A stretch of 64,000 nucleotides of DNA from the IMG/VR virus record IMGVR_UViG_3300033141_001977; one strand, 5' to 3'. The position numbers were made by a program, and so were the translations under genes. Shown here one piece after another: positions 1 through 8,189 of this stretch. Position 1 is the first letter of the stretch; each line of letters begins with the position of its first letter. The DNA comes from an uncultured virus (IMG/VR IMGVR_UViG_3300033141_001977). Taxonomy: Duplodnaviria; Heunggongvirae; Uroviricota; Caudoviricetes. The notes beneath the pieces were generated by a model. That model was given only the letters and a program-made list of their open reading frames with translations. It had not been told where the DNA came from and searched no databases.

Positions 1-14
1 ATTATGGTTTTACC

Positions 15-338
15 TTATTTACTTTTGTTTTCTTGTGTTAGTTTTGGTTGTTTTATGTTGTTGCTTGGTTTTTGTTGTTTCAGGATTTTGTTGATTTCTT
101 TTGCTGCGATATTTGCTGCGAGTTTCCCTGTTGCTTGGAGGTGAGCGAGTTGTCCTTTTAGTAGTCCTTTGTAGTGTGCATTTTCGATGGCGCGGTATAT
201 TTGTTCGTGGATAACGTCGATTAGAGGTCGGTCGTCCATTTGGTGGGTGCTCCTTATCAGCGTAGTTGGTCTAGAGTTTGGTGTATGGTGTTTGAGATAC
301 GAGGGTCGTTTTTGTTGATGGCATGTCATTGCCTTCAT
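15..338 (-). CDS. hypothetical protein, paralog of 54118..54381
   Basis: IYRAIENAHYKGLLKGQLAHLQATGKLAANIA aligns with IYHTIETAHVKGTLKGELMHLQMAGSLAADIA; true start may be downstream (MDDRP). Confidence 0.6.
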   Translation of the reverse strand: MKAMTCHQQKRPSYLKHHTPNSRPTTLIRSTHQMDDRPLIDVIHEQIYRAIENAHYKGLLKGQLAHLQATGKLAANIAAKEINKILKQQKPSNNIKQPKLTQENKSK

Positions 339-705
339 CGTTCCGTTCTTGTTCTTGGTTTTGTGCTATCTTGAGGTGGTTGATAGCCCTGTTGATGCAG
401 AAGATGAGTTGGGGTTGTCCGTTTGTGTTGTTGGAGGTCCTCGCTACGTGTAGTGCATCGAGGAGGTATGCCATTGTGATGTCAATTTCGGTTATCATGT
501 GTTCATTGCCTTTCTTTGTGTTGTCTGCATTGAGTTGGTCTATTCGTGCTTGTATGAGTTCGACGGGGAGGGCTGGCGTGATTTTGGTGGGCTGGTGGAT
601 TTCATGTTCGTGCATGACATCTGTGTCAGTCATTACTTGGTCTGGATTCACATATTCTCCTCTATCATCTTGAACAGTGCTTTCTGTGGGTTGTTGGGGT
701 CGCAT
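271..705 (-). CDS. hypothetical protein
   Basis: 144-aa ORF overlapping both neighbours in the leftward operon. Confidence 0.5.
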   Translation of the reverse strand: MRPQQPTESTVQDDRGEYVNPDQVMTDTDVMHEHEIHQPTKITPALPVELIQARIDQLNADNTKKGNEHMITEIDITMAYLLDALHVARTSNNTNGQPQLIFCINRAINHLKIAQNQEQERNDEGNDMPSTKTTLVSQTPYTKL

Positions 706-1145
706 ATCATAGCAAAGCGTTGTCCGTCGGTTGGTTCGAGTATGCCGGCGTGTGCATGGTTGGTGTTTTGGCCGAACACCCGCCTGACTATCCTGAATAT
801 GGACGGCTTTTCTGAGGCCATTGTGATGCAGCCTGCGCGTTCTTGGGCAAACTGGCCGGCTAGGTATGCTTTGCGGACTGTTCTTGGTGTCCAGTTCCTT
901 GTTTTGGCTTCACGGGCGAGCTCCCTTGCGGTTTTGTTCCAGCAGCCCATTTCTACCCGCCCTTTGAGTGCTTTGCGCAGCCGTAGCCGCTCAACTTCGT
1001 CTGGATGGACGAACCACTTATATTTGATTCTCACCGCCTTGACTGTCTTGTCACGGCAGTATTGCTGCAACGTGCGGGTGTTGTAGCCCGTTGTTTTGGC
1101 TGCTTCAGCGAGCGGGATTAGGTCTTGGGGCATCAGTTTGGCCAT
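648..1145 (-). CDS. helix-turn-helix DNA-binding protein (excisionase/MerR-like N-terminus)
   Basis: LIPLAEAAKTTGYNTRTLQQYCRDKTVKAVRIKYKWFV. Confidence 0.7.
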   Translation of the reverse strand: MAKLMPQDLIPLAEAAKTTGYNTRTLQQYCRDKTVKAVRIKYKWFVHPDEVERLRLRKALKGRVEMGCWNKTARELAREAKTRNWTPRTVRKAYLAGQFAQERAGCITMASEKPSIFRIVRRVFGQNTNHAHAGILEPTDGQRFAMICDPNNPQKALFKMIEENM

Positions 1146-1369
1146 CCTCTTTCGGTCAGCGCTCGGTCAATTTCGTCGTCGTGGGGCGCGTTCCCCCACT
1201 TGCTATTGATCTCACCTAGATCATCCCTGATGTATCCCAGGTCTAAATCGTCATCTTTGACCATAAGGTCTTGTAGCCTTGAAGCGATGATACGTATCGC
1301 CCGCTCAATACCTCGTAGCCGCAGCTCTTTGTTAGTTATATTTTCTGGTAGTTTATGTTCGTAGGCCAT
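1133..1369 (-). CDS. hypothetical protein
   Basis: 78-aa ORF with GGAGGAG RBS. Confidence 0.6.
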   Translation of the reverse strand: MAYEHKLPENITNKELRLRGIERAIRIIASRLQDLMVKDDDLDLGYIRDDLGEINSKWGNAPHDDEIDRALTERGWPN

Positions 1370-1417
1370 GTTGTCTCCTCCCTTTGAGGAATTGGCGAGA
1401 GCATATTTCGATAGGTT

Positions 1418-1630
1418 TCATGCCGTCTCCTCCACCTTCCTTGTTTCCATCTTCTTGGCACATTGCTCAGAACATACCCGTGCGTTGAGGTCGTATCTGA
1501 ACCAGGCGGTCTTTTGGCCGCACATGTCACATGGGTATCTACCAAGCGGACTCCTGAGCAGTTTACCGTCTAGTTGTGTATCACTGAGCCTAGCGTCCGG
1601 GAACAGCGTGTCGTATCGGTTCTTAGGCAC
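1418..1630 (-). CDS. small zinc-binding protein
   Basis: CDMCG...VCSEQC; AGGAG RBS before GTG. Confidence 0.55.
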   Translation of the reverse strand: MPKNRYDTLFPDARLSDTQLDGKLLRSPLGRYPCDMCGQKTAWFRYDLNARVCSEQCAKKMETRKVEETA

Positions 1631-1642
1631 TGGCGTCTCCTT

Positions 1643-2599
1643 TCATTGTGGTAATAGCGTCAGCTGCTTGTCCGGGGGGCGCTCAACTAGACACCGTTGC
1701 CCTATTTGGGCTGCCGCCAGCCGGTTTTCTGTTATGGTGATGTATTCTGGGTTCAGCTCAGCGCCGATGTAGTCCCGTAGCAGTTGCTTGGCTACCACCG
1801 CCACCGTGCCTGCGCCCATAAAGGGGTCGAGGATGACGCCGGGGACGTAGGGGACGTTGCAGGAGCAGGATGAGAAGCCAATGGTGATATATTCGGAGTT
1901 CATTCGATGCCCTTTGGTATCATCCTTGATGCAACCATGCGTATCGTCCCTCGTATGATCACACCATGCTGTTCCAAGATGTTTTGCATAACCAGCTGTT
2001 GGGCGTCTCACCCTAACCCTCGGCAGGCCGCATTGGGGGCATACTTCCTTCGGGCAGCCTACTGTGATAACCTTTGCTGCAAGCTTATCTGGGAATGCTG
2101 CAAAATGCGCTTCTGGGCGCGGCTGAGTTGGTATCGACCAAATGTCACCGGGGTTTTCCCCGGCGGGGTTATTTGATAATTCAACAAAGCCCCTCTTCTC
2201 GCATTCCTTCTTTCTGCCCTCTTGTGAGCCTGACCCTGATTTGGTATTACAATCATAACGGGAAGCCCTATCTAACCCGGTCGCTGGCCGCTTCCTCACT
2301 GCATCGACGTCGAAGAAGTAGTTGACGGAACGCCAGTTTGGCCCATCACCTTTCTTATGCTGCATCAGCAACGTCTTCTGGTTGACGTAGAATTGAGCCT
2401 TGTTCGTCTTAGAGAACATGAAAACCGGCTCATAAGAGTTGGAGAAGCGATCGGTTACGCTAGATGGCATCGAGTTCGGTTTGTGCCAGATATTAACGTT
2501 ACGCGCTATAAATTGCCCGCTTTCTGGATATGGGTCAACAGGCTTAAAAAACTTAGATAGGCGCCGGGGGATTTCGTTAGGGAATAACCTAATCTTCAT
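1643..2599 (-). CDS. N4/N6 DNA methyltransferase, C-terminal piece (piece 3)
   Basis: RNVNIWHKPNSMPSSVTDR, EAHFAAFP, LDPFMGAGT (SAM motif I), IGAELNPEY; ATG at 2599 overlaps the HNH stop (TAATG). Confidence 0.9.
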   Translation of the reverse strand: MKIRLFPNEIPRRLSKFFKPVDPYPESGQFIARNVNIWHKPNSMPSSVTDRFSNSYEPVFMFSKTNKAQFYVNQKTLLMQHKKGDGPNWRSVNYFFDVDAVRKRPATGLDRASRYDCNTKSGSGSQEGRKKECEKRGFVELSNNPAGENPGDIWSIPTQPRPEAHFAAFPDKLAAKVITVGCPKEVCPQCGLPRVRVRRPTAGYAKHLGTAWCDHTRDDTHGCIKDDTKGHRMNSEYITIGFSSCSCNVPYVPGVILDPFMGAGTVAVVAKQLLRDYIGAELNPEYITITENRLAAAQIGQRCLVERPPDKQLTLLPQ

Positions 2600-3213
2600 T
2601 ACAATTCCCAAATAACAAACTTAGTATGGTGAAAAATAGACGAGAGTTTGGCATGACAAGCATGACACACGGTAATCAAATTGTCGTTGTCTAATCTAAG
2701 ATCAGGAAACTTACAATATGGTAAAATGTGGTGGATTTCCAACTTGCTACAATTTATCCCACAGACTTGACATAAATAAAAATCCCTCCGTAAAATCTCA
2801 GCCTTCTTTGCCTTCCATACACGGCTATCATAAAACCTTAATCGGTTCACCGTAATACCACCCTGCCAATTCCAATGATTCGCATCACGATGATCCTCAG
2901 CTGAGCAAGAATGCGAACAATACTTCCGGCCCATCTGTGAACGCCCTCCAACAAACGGCTTCCCGCACCGCAAACAATGTCTAGTTGTTTTGAATCGGTT
3001 GTGTAAGCACCGCATGGAACAATACTTAGATACATCCGCGCGGTACTGGTGGATATAGTATTTCTTGCCGCATCGCTTACAAACCAACTGCACTTTCTCC
3101 TTGTAAGCATGATGTTCCGCACCACACTTATTATAGGGGGCCGTGGGGCGTACCCCCCTTTCTCGGAGCGTGCATGATATTTTCTCTGCTTTAGTAAGGT
3201 TGCTTGTATCCAT
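2599..3213 (-). CDS. HNH (homing-type) endonuclease inserted in the methyltransferase gene
   Basis: CQVCG..LEIHHILP..DNDNLITVCHACH; two CxxCGK..KYCSxxC repeats and NHWNWQGG; visibly AT-richer than the flanks. Confidence 0.9.
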   Translation of the reverse strand: MDTSNLTKAEKISCTLRERGVRPTAPYNKCGAEHHAYKEKVQLVCKRCGKKYYIHQYRADVSKYCSMRCLHNRFKTTRHCLRCGKPFVGGRSQMGRKYCSHSCSAEDHRDANHWNWQGGITVNRLRFYDSRVWKAKKAEILRRDFYLCQVCGINCSKLEIHHILPYCKFPDLRLDNDNLITVCHACHAKLSSIFHHTKFVIWEL

Positions 3214-3611
3214 TATTCTATTATCCCAAGTAAGATCAATTCCTTAACAACATATTGTTTTTCTTCTTTCGTTAAATCGTCCCTGAGTTCCCACTTCCGT
3301 AGGTCGTCCATCATGGCTAAAACCAAACGATAATTCTGGAAGGCGAGGCATTTGGCGGGCGCCGGCTTCTCATATTTACGATTGAAGCGGTGGCCTTCCA
3401 TATCCTTATTCCCAGCATACCATTGTTCATGGCCCTTCCAATCAACATGAGCCGTGCCACTACAATAGTTGTCCCCATGATTCCACCAGAGCGTCCCGGT
3501 CGGCTTCAGCACCCGCTTCAGCTCTTTGGTAACGGCTAGCATCTTATCAATAAACTCGGCCAACGTCGGCTCAAGACCTATCTGGCCCTCAACGCCGTAG
3601 TCTCTGAGGCC
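3213..3611 (-). CDS. N4/N6 DNA methyltransferase, middle piece (piece 2); no convincing start codon of its own
   Basis: GLRDYGVEGQIGLEPT..KELKRVLKPTGTLWWNHGDNY; the ORF-track N-terminus (3695-3612) is an alternative frame of piece 1. Confidence 0.85.
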   Translation of the reverse strand, partial: GLRDYGVEGQIGLEPTLAEFIDKMLAVTKELKRVLKPTGTLWWNHGDNYCSGTAHVDWKGHEQWYAGNKDMEGHRFNRKYEKPAPAKCLAFQNYRLVLAMMDDLRKWELRDDLTKEEKQYVVKELILLGIIE

Positions 3612-3615
3612 GCAT

Positions 3616-3729
3616 TTACCAATACGGTGGCGATGTGAATATGCAGTCCACCGAGTCATCGGGGAGCATTTTGAGACGTTCGATAACGTCCCCACATAGC
3701 ACCGTATTTCTAATCTCCTTATTCAACAT
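3616..3729 (-). CDS. N4/N6 DNA methyltransferase, N-terminal 37 aa (piece 1)
   Basis: Translated by hand: MLNKEIRNTVLCGDVIERLKMLPDDSVDCIFTSPPYW* (catalytic motif IV SPPY); too short for the ORF track. Confidence 0.85.
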   Translation of the reverse strand: MLNKEIRNTVLCGDVIERLKMLPDDSVDCIFTSPPYW

Positions 3730-4078
3730 CTACTGGTTTGCCCTCTTCCCTCTCTTTGAGCCATGCCTTGAAATCGGCCTCTTCGACCCACCAGAGCTCA
3801 CAGTACTTCCCCATGAGCGGGTCGCATTCGTGTAGCACGATGATCGAGTAACCGCACACCCTGATTGGCCCGATCTCCGATGGTGCCGGGCGCTTGCATA
3901 GTTCTCTGTATGCTTGTAGCAGGACTTTCTCAATATCATATTGCATATCTTTGAGCTTCGGCCCTTCCCAACGAAAGCCGGTATCGTGGGCGAAGGTTAC
4001 AATTGCAGCCCGTATATCATGGGTATTGGGGTAACGTTCGCGCCAAAACCTCATTGGGACTGGTCTATATTCAGTCAT
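3719..4078 (-). CDS. hypothetical protein
   Basis: Probable start MTEYRP with ATGA overlap to a 55-aa upstream ORF at 4075..4242. Confidence 0.55.
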   Translation of the reverse strand: MTEYRPVPMRFWRERYPNTHDIRAAIVTFAHDTGFRWEGPKLKDMQYDIEKVLLQAYRELCKRPAPSEIGPIRVCGYSIIVLHECDPLMGKYCELWWVEEADFKAWLKEREEGKPVDVE

Positions 4079-4231
4079 TTTTCGTCCCTGCTCATCACTT
4101 TCTCCTTCACCTGGTTGGTAGGCATGTGGTCTGCCTCCTCGTCCGGTGTGGCCAGCCGCCTCTCGATTGAGCCATCTTTCTTGATTGTGATCACATACAG
4201 TGGGAATATGATGTTGAGCCACTGTTGCGGG

Positions 4232-4945
4232 CTAATGTTCATGGTTAAACTCACAGTCCGCCGGGTGCCAAGATTTCTTACCTTCAGCTAAATCAATGAG
4301 AATCCAATGTCCGTCCGCCGCCCGGCAGAAGTCGACTGACCAGTAGCCCTCGAACTTGGCGGCAACCCATTCGGCATAGTTACGTAGCTGCCATGTGGTG
4401 TCTGGCCGCTTGCACGCTATCTGTTGTAACGCCATCCGCTCTCGCCAGTCGGGTGCGGACGGGGCATGTATCGCGTCCTCAGCCCAATACCAATGCTGAC
4501 ACTCGGCCTTCCCGTCGCGGACGAAGAAGCGTATCTCAGGGTTGACGGGCATGTTGCCCCTGAAGGCCGTGAACAGCGTGGCCATCGGGATATATTCCCG
4601 GACGGCGAATGCGTTGATCGGCAGGTCTGCCATCATCGACGCCTCAACCAGGTTGAAAACGCATCGCCCTAACCGCTCATCGCTCTCGACAAAGCAGGTG
4701 TCAGACCATTCATGTTTGGCGGAGAGATGGTCGGTGCGCAGAAACAGCGGAAAGCCCATCCGAATGCAGGCGTCGCGTAGTTTAACTACGAGGCATCCGG
4801 GTGGATGGGTCATGCCATAGATCCAGTTATGTGGCCATTCCCGACCATACTCCCTGACATCAACTATCATCGTCTTCGGCTGCGGTATCGGCAGGTCTTT
4901 TATCCGTGGGAACCAGAACAACATACTGGATTTGTCTTCAGTCAT
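4232..4945 (-). CDS. ATP-grasp domain protein (R2K-like)
   Basis: FLRTDHLSAKH, VREYIP, EIRFFVRDGK, WSVDF..GHWILIDL. Confidence 0.7.
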   Translation of the reverse strand: MTEDKSSMLFWFPRIKDLPIPQPKTMIVDVREYGREWPHNWIYGMTHPPGCLVVKLRDACIRMGFPLFLRTDHLSAKHEWSDTCFVESDERLGRCVFNLVEASMMADLPINAFAVREYIPMATLFTAFRGNMPVNPEIRFFVRDGKAECQHWYWAEDAIHAPSAPDWRERMALQQIACKRPDTTWQLRNYAEWVAAKFEGYWSVDFCRAADGHWILIDLAEGKKSWHPADCEFNHEH

Positions 4946-4980
4946 ACTCTCCTCCTATTCCATCCCGTCGCCAGTAGGTC

Positions 4981-5205
4981 TCACCGCGTCTTCACCGCCC
5001 GCCGGAGCTTCCGCCGTTTGATACGCGAGATATACGCACGGTTCACGCCTAGCTCCGCCGCTATTACCGCCGGCGATGCCGTCCTCAGCATCTTCCGTAT
5101 TGCCCGCACAGTGCTGTCCGGTATCCTAATCCCACCATGTGGCTTGCCCCTGTTGGCACGCGATATTTTACGTTTTGTAGCTTTCAGATGTGGTACGCAG
5201 TGCAT
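4981..5205 (-). CDS. small HTH protein
   Basis: SPAVIAAELGVNRAYISRIKR. Confidence 0.6.
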   Translation of the reverse strand: MHCVPHLKATKRKISRANRGKPHGGIRIPDSTVRAIRKMLRTASPAVIAAELGVNRAYISRIKRRKLRRAVKTR

Positions 5206-5529
5206 CGGATCACCCCTGTTGACATGTTATTCGCCAGTTGTTATCTTTTATATCCCTAATCTCCTGTTGTGGGGCGTCGTGGCGGCACAACACCGTCCTT
5301 CGCCCCTATAATTCACTTCAGTCAGTTGAGGCTTGGTGTCATCACCGTCGAACGGGCTGCGCCGGCTGCTGTGTTGATACAGAACAGCACAAACGCTAAA
5401 ATAGCCGTGTCAGTGCTCAACATCTTACGAATGGCGATAGCACGCTTAGGGTCATCTATGCTGATGCGTGCCAAGACCGATTTAATAATGATAGATGCAA
5501 AGGTGGTCTTCTCCATGTACTTACCTCGT

Positions 5530-5898
5530 CTAAAATGGCAGGCCGTCGTCTTTGCTGCCTGTTGCCCCCGATGTCCCAACCACCTCAATGGCGGTCGCGC
5601 TAATCTGGAGGTTCTTCCATGTTTTGCCGTCCTTCTCCCGCGCGTTGATCTTGATGCGACCCTCGATTACCACAACCGCGCCATCAGTCAACCTGGGCGC
5701 AAGCTCTTCGGCGGTCTCGCCCCAGATATGGATGCGATCAACTTCCACTGGCTCATCACCAACACACTCACCATCGCACCACTTGGGCAACGATTGACTA
5801 AGCGTGAACTGGCAGAAGGCGAAGCCGGAGCTGGTGTTTTGCAGCTCCACGTTGCCGACGATGCGCCCGGTTAGGAATACTCTATTGATGTCGCTCAT
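5530..5898 (-). CDS. ssb: single-stranded DNA-binding protein
   Basis: INRVFLTGRIVGNVELQNT, VVIEGRI, acidic tail DDGLPF. Confidence 0.9.
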   Translation of the reverse strand: MSDINRVFLTGRIVGNVELQNTSSGFAFCQFTLSQSLPKWCDGECVGDEPVEVDRIHIWGETAEELAPRLTDGAVVVIEGRIKINAREKDGKTWKNLQISATAIEVVGTSGATGSKDDGLPF

Positions 5899-6260
5899 CT
5901 GCCCCTCTTCTTGCCCTTTGTTCTGGTTAGCGGCCTTTTAGTAGGCTTTGGGAGGGAACTGACATCGGAACCCTTGATACCTGTGCTCATACTCGTGGCC
6001 GCCTTCGTTGACACCGGCTTTCTCAGCAGCACAAACCATGTGTCTGTCCCGACCTGCTCTTTGGGGGACATGAGCTTGACTATCTCCCAGCCCTCTGCTG
6101 ATTGCTCCGTCAGGAATACTGATAGCCCTCCTATGGGCACACTCTTCTCTTGTTTGAACTCGTAACGCATCTGTTGCTCCTTTCGCGTTGTGGTTTCAGC
6201 GGTCATCAACGTCTCCTCGTTTGAGTGGGATGTATTTCTATATTGGGTTGATGTTATCAC
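5895..6260 (-). CDS. hypothetical protein (DUF4177-like motif)
   Basis: RYEFK..LTEQSAEGWEIV..LLRKP; start uncertain. Confidence 0.45.
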   Translation of the reverse strand: MITSTQYRNTSHSNEETLMTAETTTRKEQQMRYEFKQEKSVPIGGLSVFLTEQSAEGWEIVKLMSPKEQVGTDTWFVLLRKPVSTKAATSMSTGIKGSDVSSLPKPTKRPLTRTKGKKRGR

Positions 6261-6278
6261 ACCAATAATTCATGTCAA
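6251..6278 (-). promoter_or_regulatory. candidate sigma70-type leftward early promoter
   Basis: TTGACA-N16-TAACAT on the minus strand in the divergent region. Confidence 0.5.
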
Positions 6279-6399
6279 ATGCTACGTCTGCTTATCCCTG
6301 CCGGTAGATAGCGGCACAACAGGCTAAAACTATTGGTAAATCGCAGCACCATGTTAAAGGGGATGGCAAGTTCTATCGATACCTCCTCATGGAAGCGCT

Positions 6400-6822
6400 A
6401 TGAACAAAATAACGCAGAATGGGTCATTGGCCGACCGGATAAGAGCGGTCATGGCCGACCTAGGACATGACGTTGAGCTGCAAGAAGTGATGGAGCAGCT
6501 AAAGATGAGCCCTGATAGGCAGGAGACTGTCTCAACAACGTTGGCCTGTCTAAGGTCGATCCCACATGAAGAAGATGTGCCCTCCCATGAGACGCTTACG
6601 AGGGTCGAAATCTACGGCAAGATGAGGGCGCTCCTAGAAGAGATAGAGACCGGCACAGACCCTAAAAAAGTTGCCCGGCTTGGACTGAGGTTGAGGGTGC
6701 TTAGCAAGTTCTACGAGATGGCGTCTGGCGCTGGCTCGGGCGCTGGTCAGAAGGAGAAACATGTCCGTGCGATGAAATTATCAGATCTTGACAATATACC
6801 CGATTACGAGGCGGTAGGCTAA
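6400..6822 (+). CDS. hypothetical protein, possibly small terminase
   Basis: First gene of the virion operon, helical, TAATG-coupled to the portal; function from position only. Confidence 0.4.
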   Translation: MNKITQNGSLADRIRAVMADLGHDVELQEVMEQLKMSPDRQETVSTTLACLRSIPHEEDVPSHETLTRVEIYGKMRALLEEIETGTDPKKVARLGLRLRVLSKFYEMASGAGSGAGQKEKHVRAMKLSDLDNIPDYEAVG

Positions 6823-8186
6823 TGGCCAGCCAACTCATGACGCTAGCACGACGGCTTGGTACACGCCGAGCACCGAGCGAGCCCCCGAAGGTTGAGACCG
6901 TCAAAGACCGCGGCGATGCTATTAACAACTGGTATAGCAGCAGATACGGCGATGGCAACCCTGACGCGGTTGTCCAAAAGGCGGGCGATTACTCGCCATA
7001 CAAGAAGATGCGCTATGACCCGACCGTAAGCGCAGCCATAGCATACCTGACGTACCATGCCATCACAGAGAGCGGCAACGTGGATTGTGGCGATCAGGCC
7101 ATCGTAGATTTCTGCGAAGACAACATCCAGAACCACATGGCCCGCAAGTTTGACGTCATCTTCCGCGACATGACGCACTGGGCAATCGTCTGTGGCAATG
7201 TTGGTGGTGAGATGGTCTGGGAACAGGACGCCGGCGAGTGGTGGTGGGCTGACCTACGGCTGAAGGACCCGGACTACATTGAGTATGACTGCACGGACAC
7301 CGGCAAGGTGCGCAATATCTTGTTCAGACAGAACGGGACGGGCACTGCAACGCCGCTACCCAACCCATATAACTTCCCTATCTTGCGGTTCAACGAAGGG
7401 CTGTCAAATCCTTATGGTGAATCACTGCTGAGACCGGCATATCACATATATTTAGGCCGTGTAGCCCAGTTGAAGAACCTGTTGCTACATGGCGAACGGA
7501 CGGCCTTCCCGACGATCATCGGCTGGTATCCAGCAAACTCACAGCTCCAAGACCAGACGGACTTTCTGGCAGCCATCAAGCAACTGTCCCGGAAGGTTGT
7601 TGCCATTCTCAGGGAGGGCATGAGGATACAGACGATGGAAGCCGGTCAGATCAACCCGGCAATGTTTATCGACCCATTAGAATACATGGCACGAGAGATA
7701 TACCAGGCGATATGTGGCGGCTACCTGATGATTGCAGAGGGCGGCAGCTCCACGAGCTATAACGCTGGCATGATGCACGAATCGAATGTTGACGAGCGGG
7801 TCAAAGCGATCCGTGCAGCGGTTGAGGACTGCATCAATAGAAGCATCCTATTCCAGATTGCACGATACAAGTTTGGCTATGCACGGACGATAGCTAACCC
7901 GCCGAAGTATCGGTTCACGCCCCGACCGGACAAGAACCTGCTGGAATGGGCGCAGGCACAGCACGTGTTGAAGCAGATAGGCGTTGATGTGCCGATCAGC
8001 CATTTCATAATGAAGTGCGACCTGCCCGAGGGCACTAAAATGCTCACCACACCAGAGATGATAGACCATGCGTTGGTGGGCTCTGGTGAAACCAACGACG
8101 GGCGAATTAGCGTCAACCAAAAGATACGCGATGACACCAAGAACATCTCGAAGATTGACCGCTCAGCCGGCGCGAAGGGGATGTAA
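6822..8186 (+). CDS. portal protein (Mu gp29/DUF935-like)
   Basis: KMRYDPTVSAAI, NPYGESLLRPAY, 454 aa, position before protease and capsid. Confidence 0.85.
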   Translation: MASQLMTLARRLGTRRAPSEPPKVETVKDRGDAINNWYSSRYGDGNPDAVVQKAGDYSPYKKMRYDPTVSAAIAYLTYHAITESGNVDCGDQAIVDFCEDNIQNHMARKFDVIFRDMTHWAIVCGNVGGEMVWEQDAGEWWWADLRLKDPDYIEYDCTDTGKVRNILFRQNGTGTATPLPNPYNFPILRFNEGLSNPYGESLLRPAYHIYLGRVAQLKNLLLHGERTAFPTIIGWYPANSQLQDQTDFLAAIKQLSRKVVAILREGMRIQTMEAGQINPAMFIDPLEYMAREIYQAICGGYLMIAEGGSSTSYNAGMMHESNVDERVKAIRAAVEDCINRSILFQIARYKFGYARTIANPPKYRFTPRPDKNLLEWAQAQHVLKQIGVDVPISHFIMKCDLPEGTKMLTTPEMIDHALVGSGETNDGRISVNQKIRDDTKNISKIDRSAGAKGM

Positions 8187-8189
8187 CCG

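Noticed and set aside
2520..3310. Group I/II intron or intein explaining the HNH insert
   Set aside because: The insert is fully occupied by coupled ORFs with stops between them; no ribozyme core or Cys..His-Asn intein ends were seen. Splicing is not formally excluded without RNA data.
3589..3618. TAA readthrough or stop-codon reassignment in the methyltransferase
   Set aside because: In-frame continuation gives MRPQRLRR* rather than GLRDYG, and TAA, TAG and TGA all end normal genes elsewhere.
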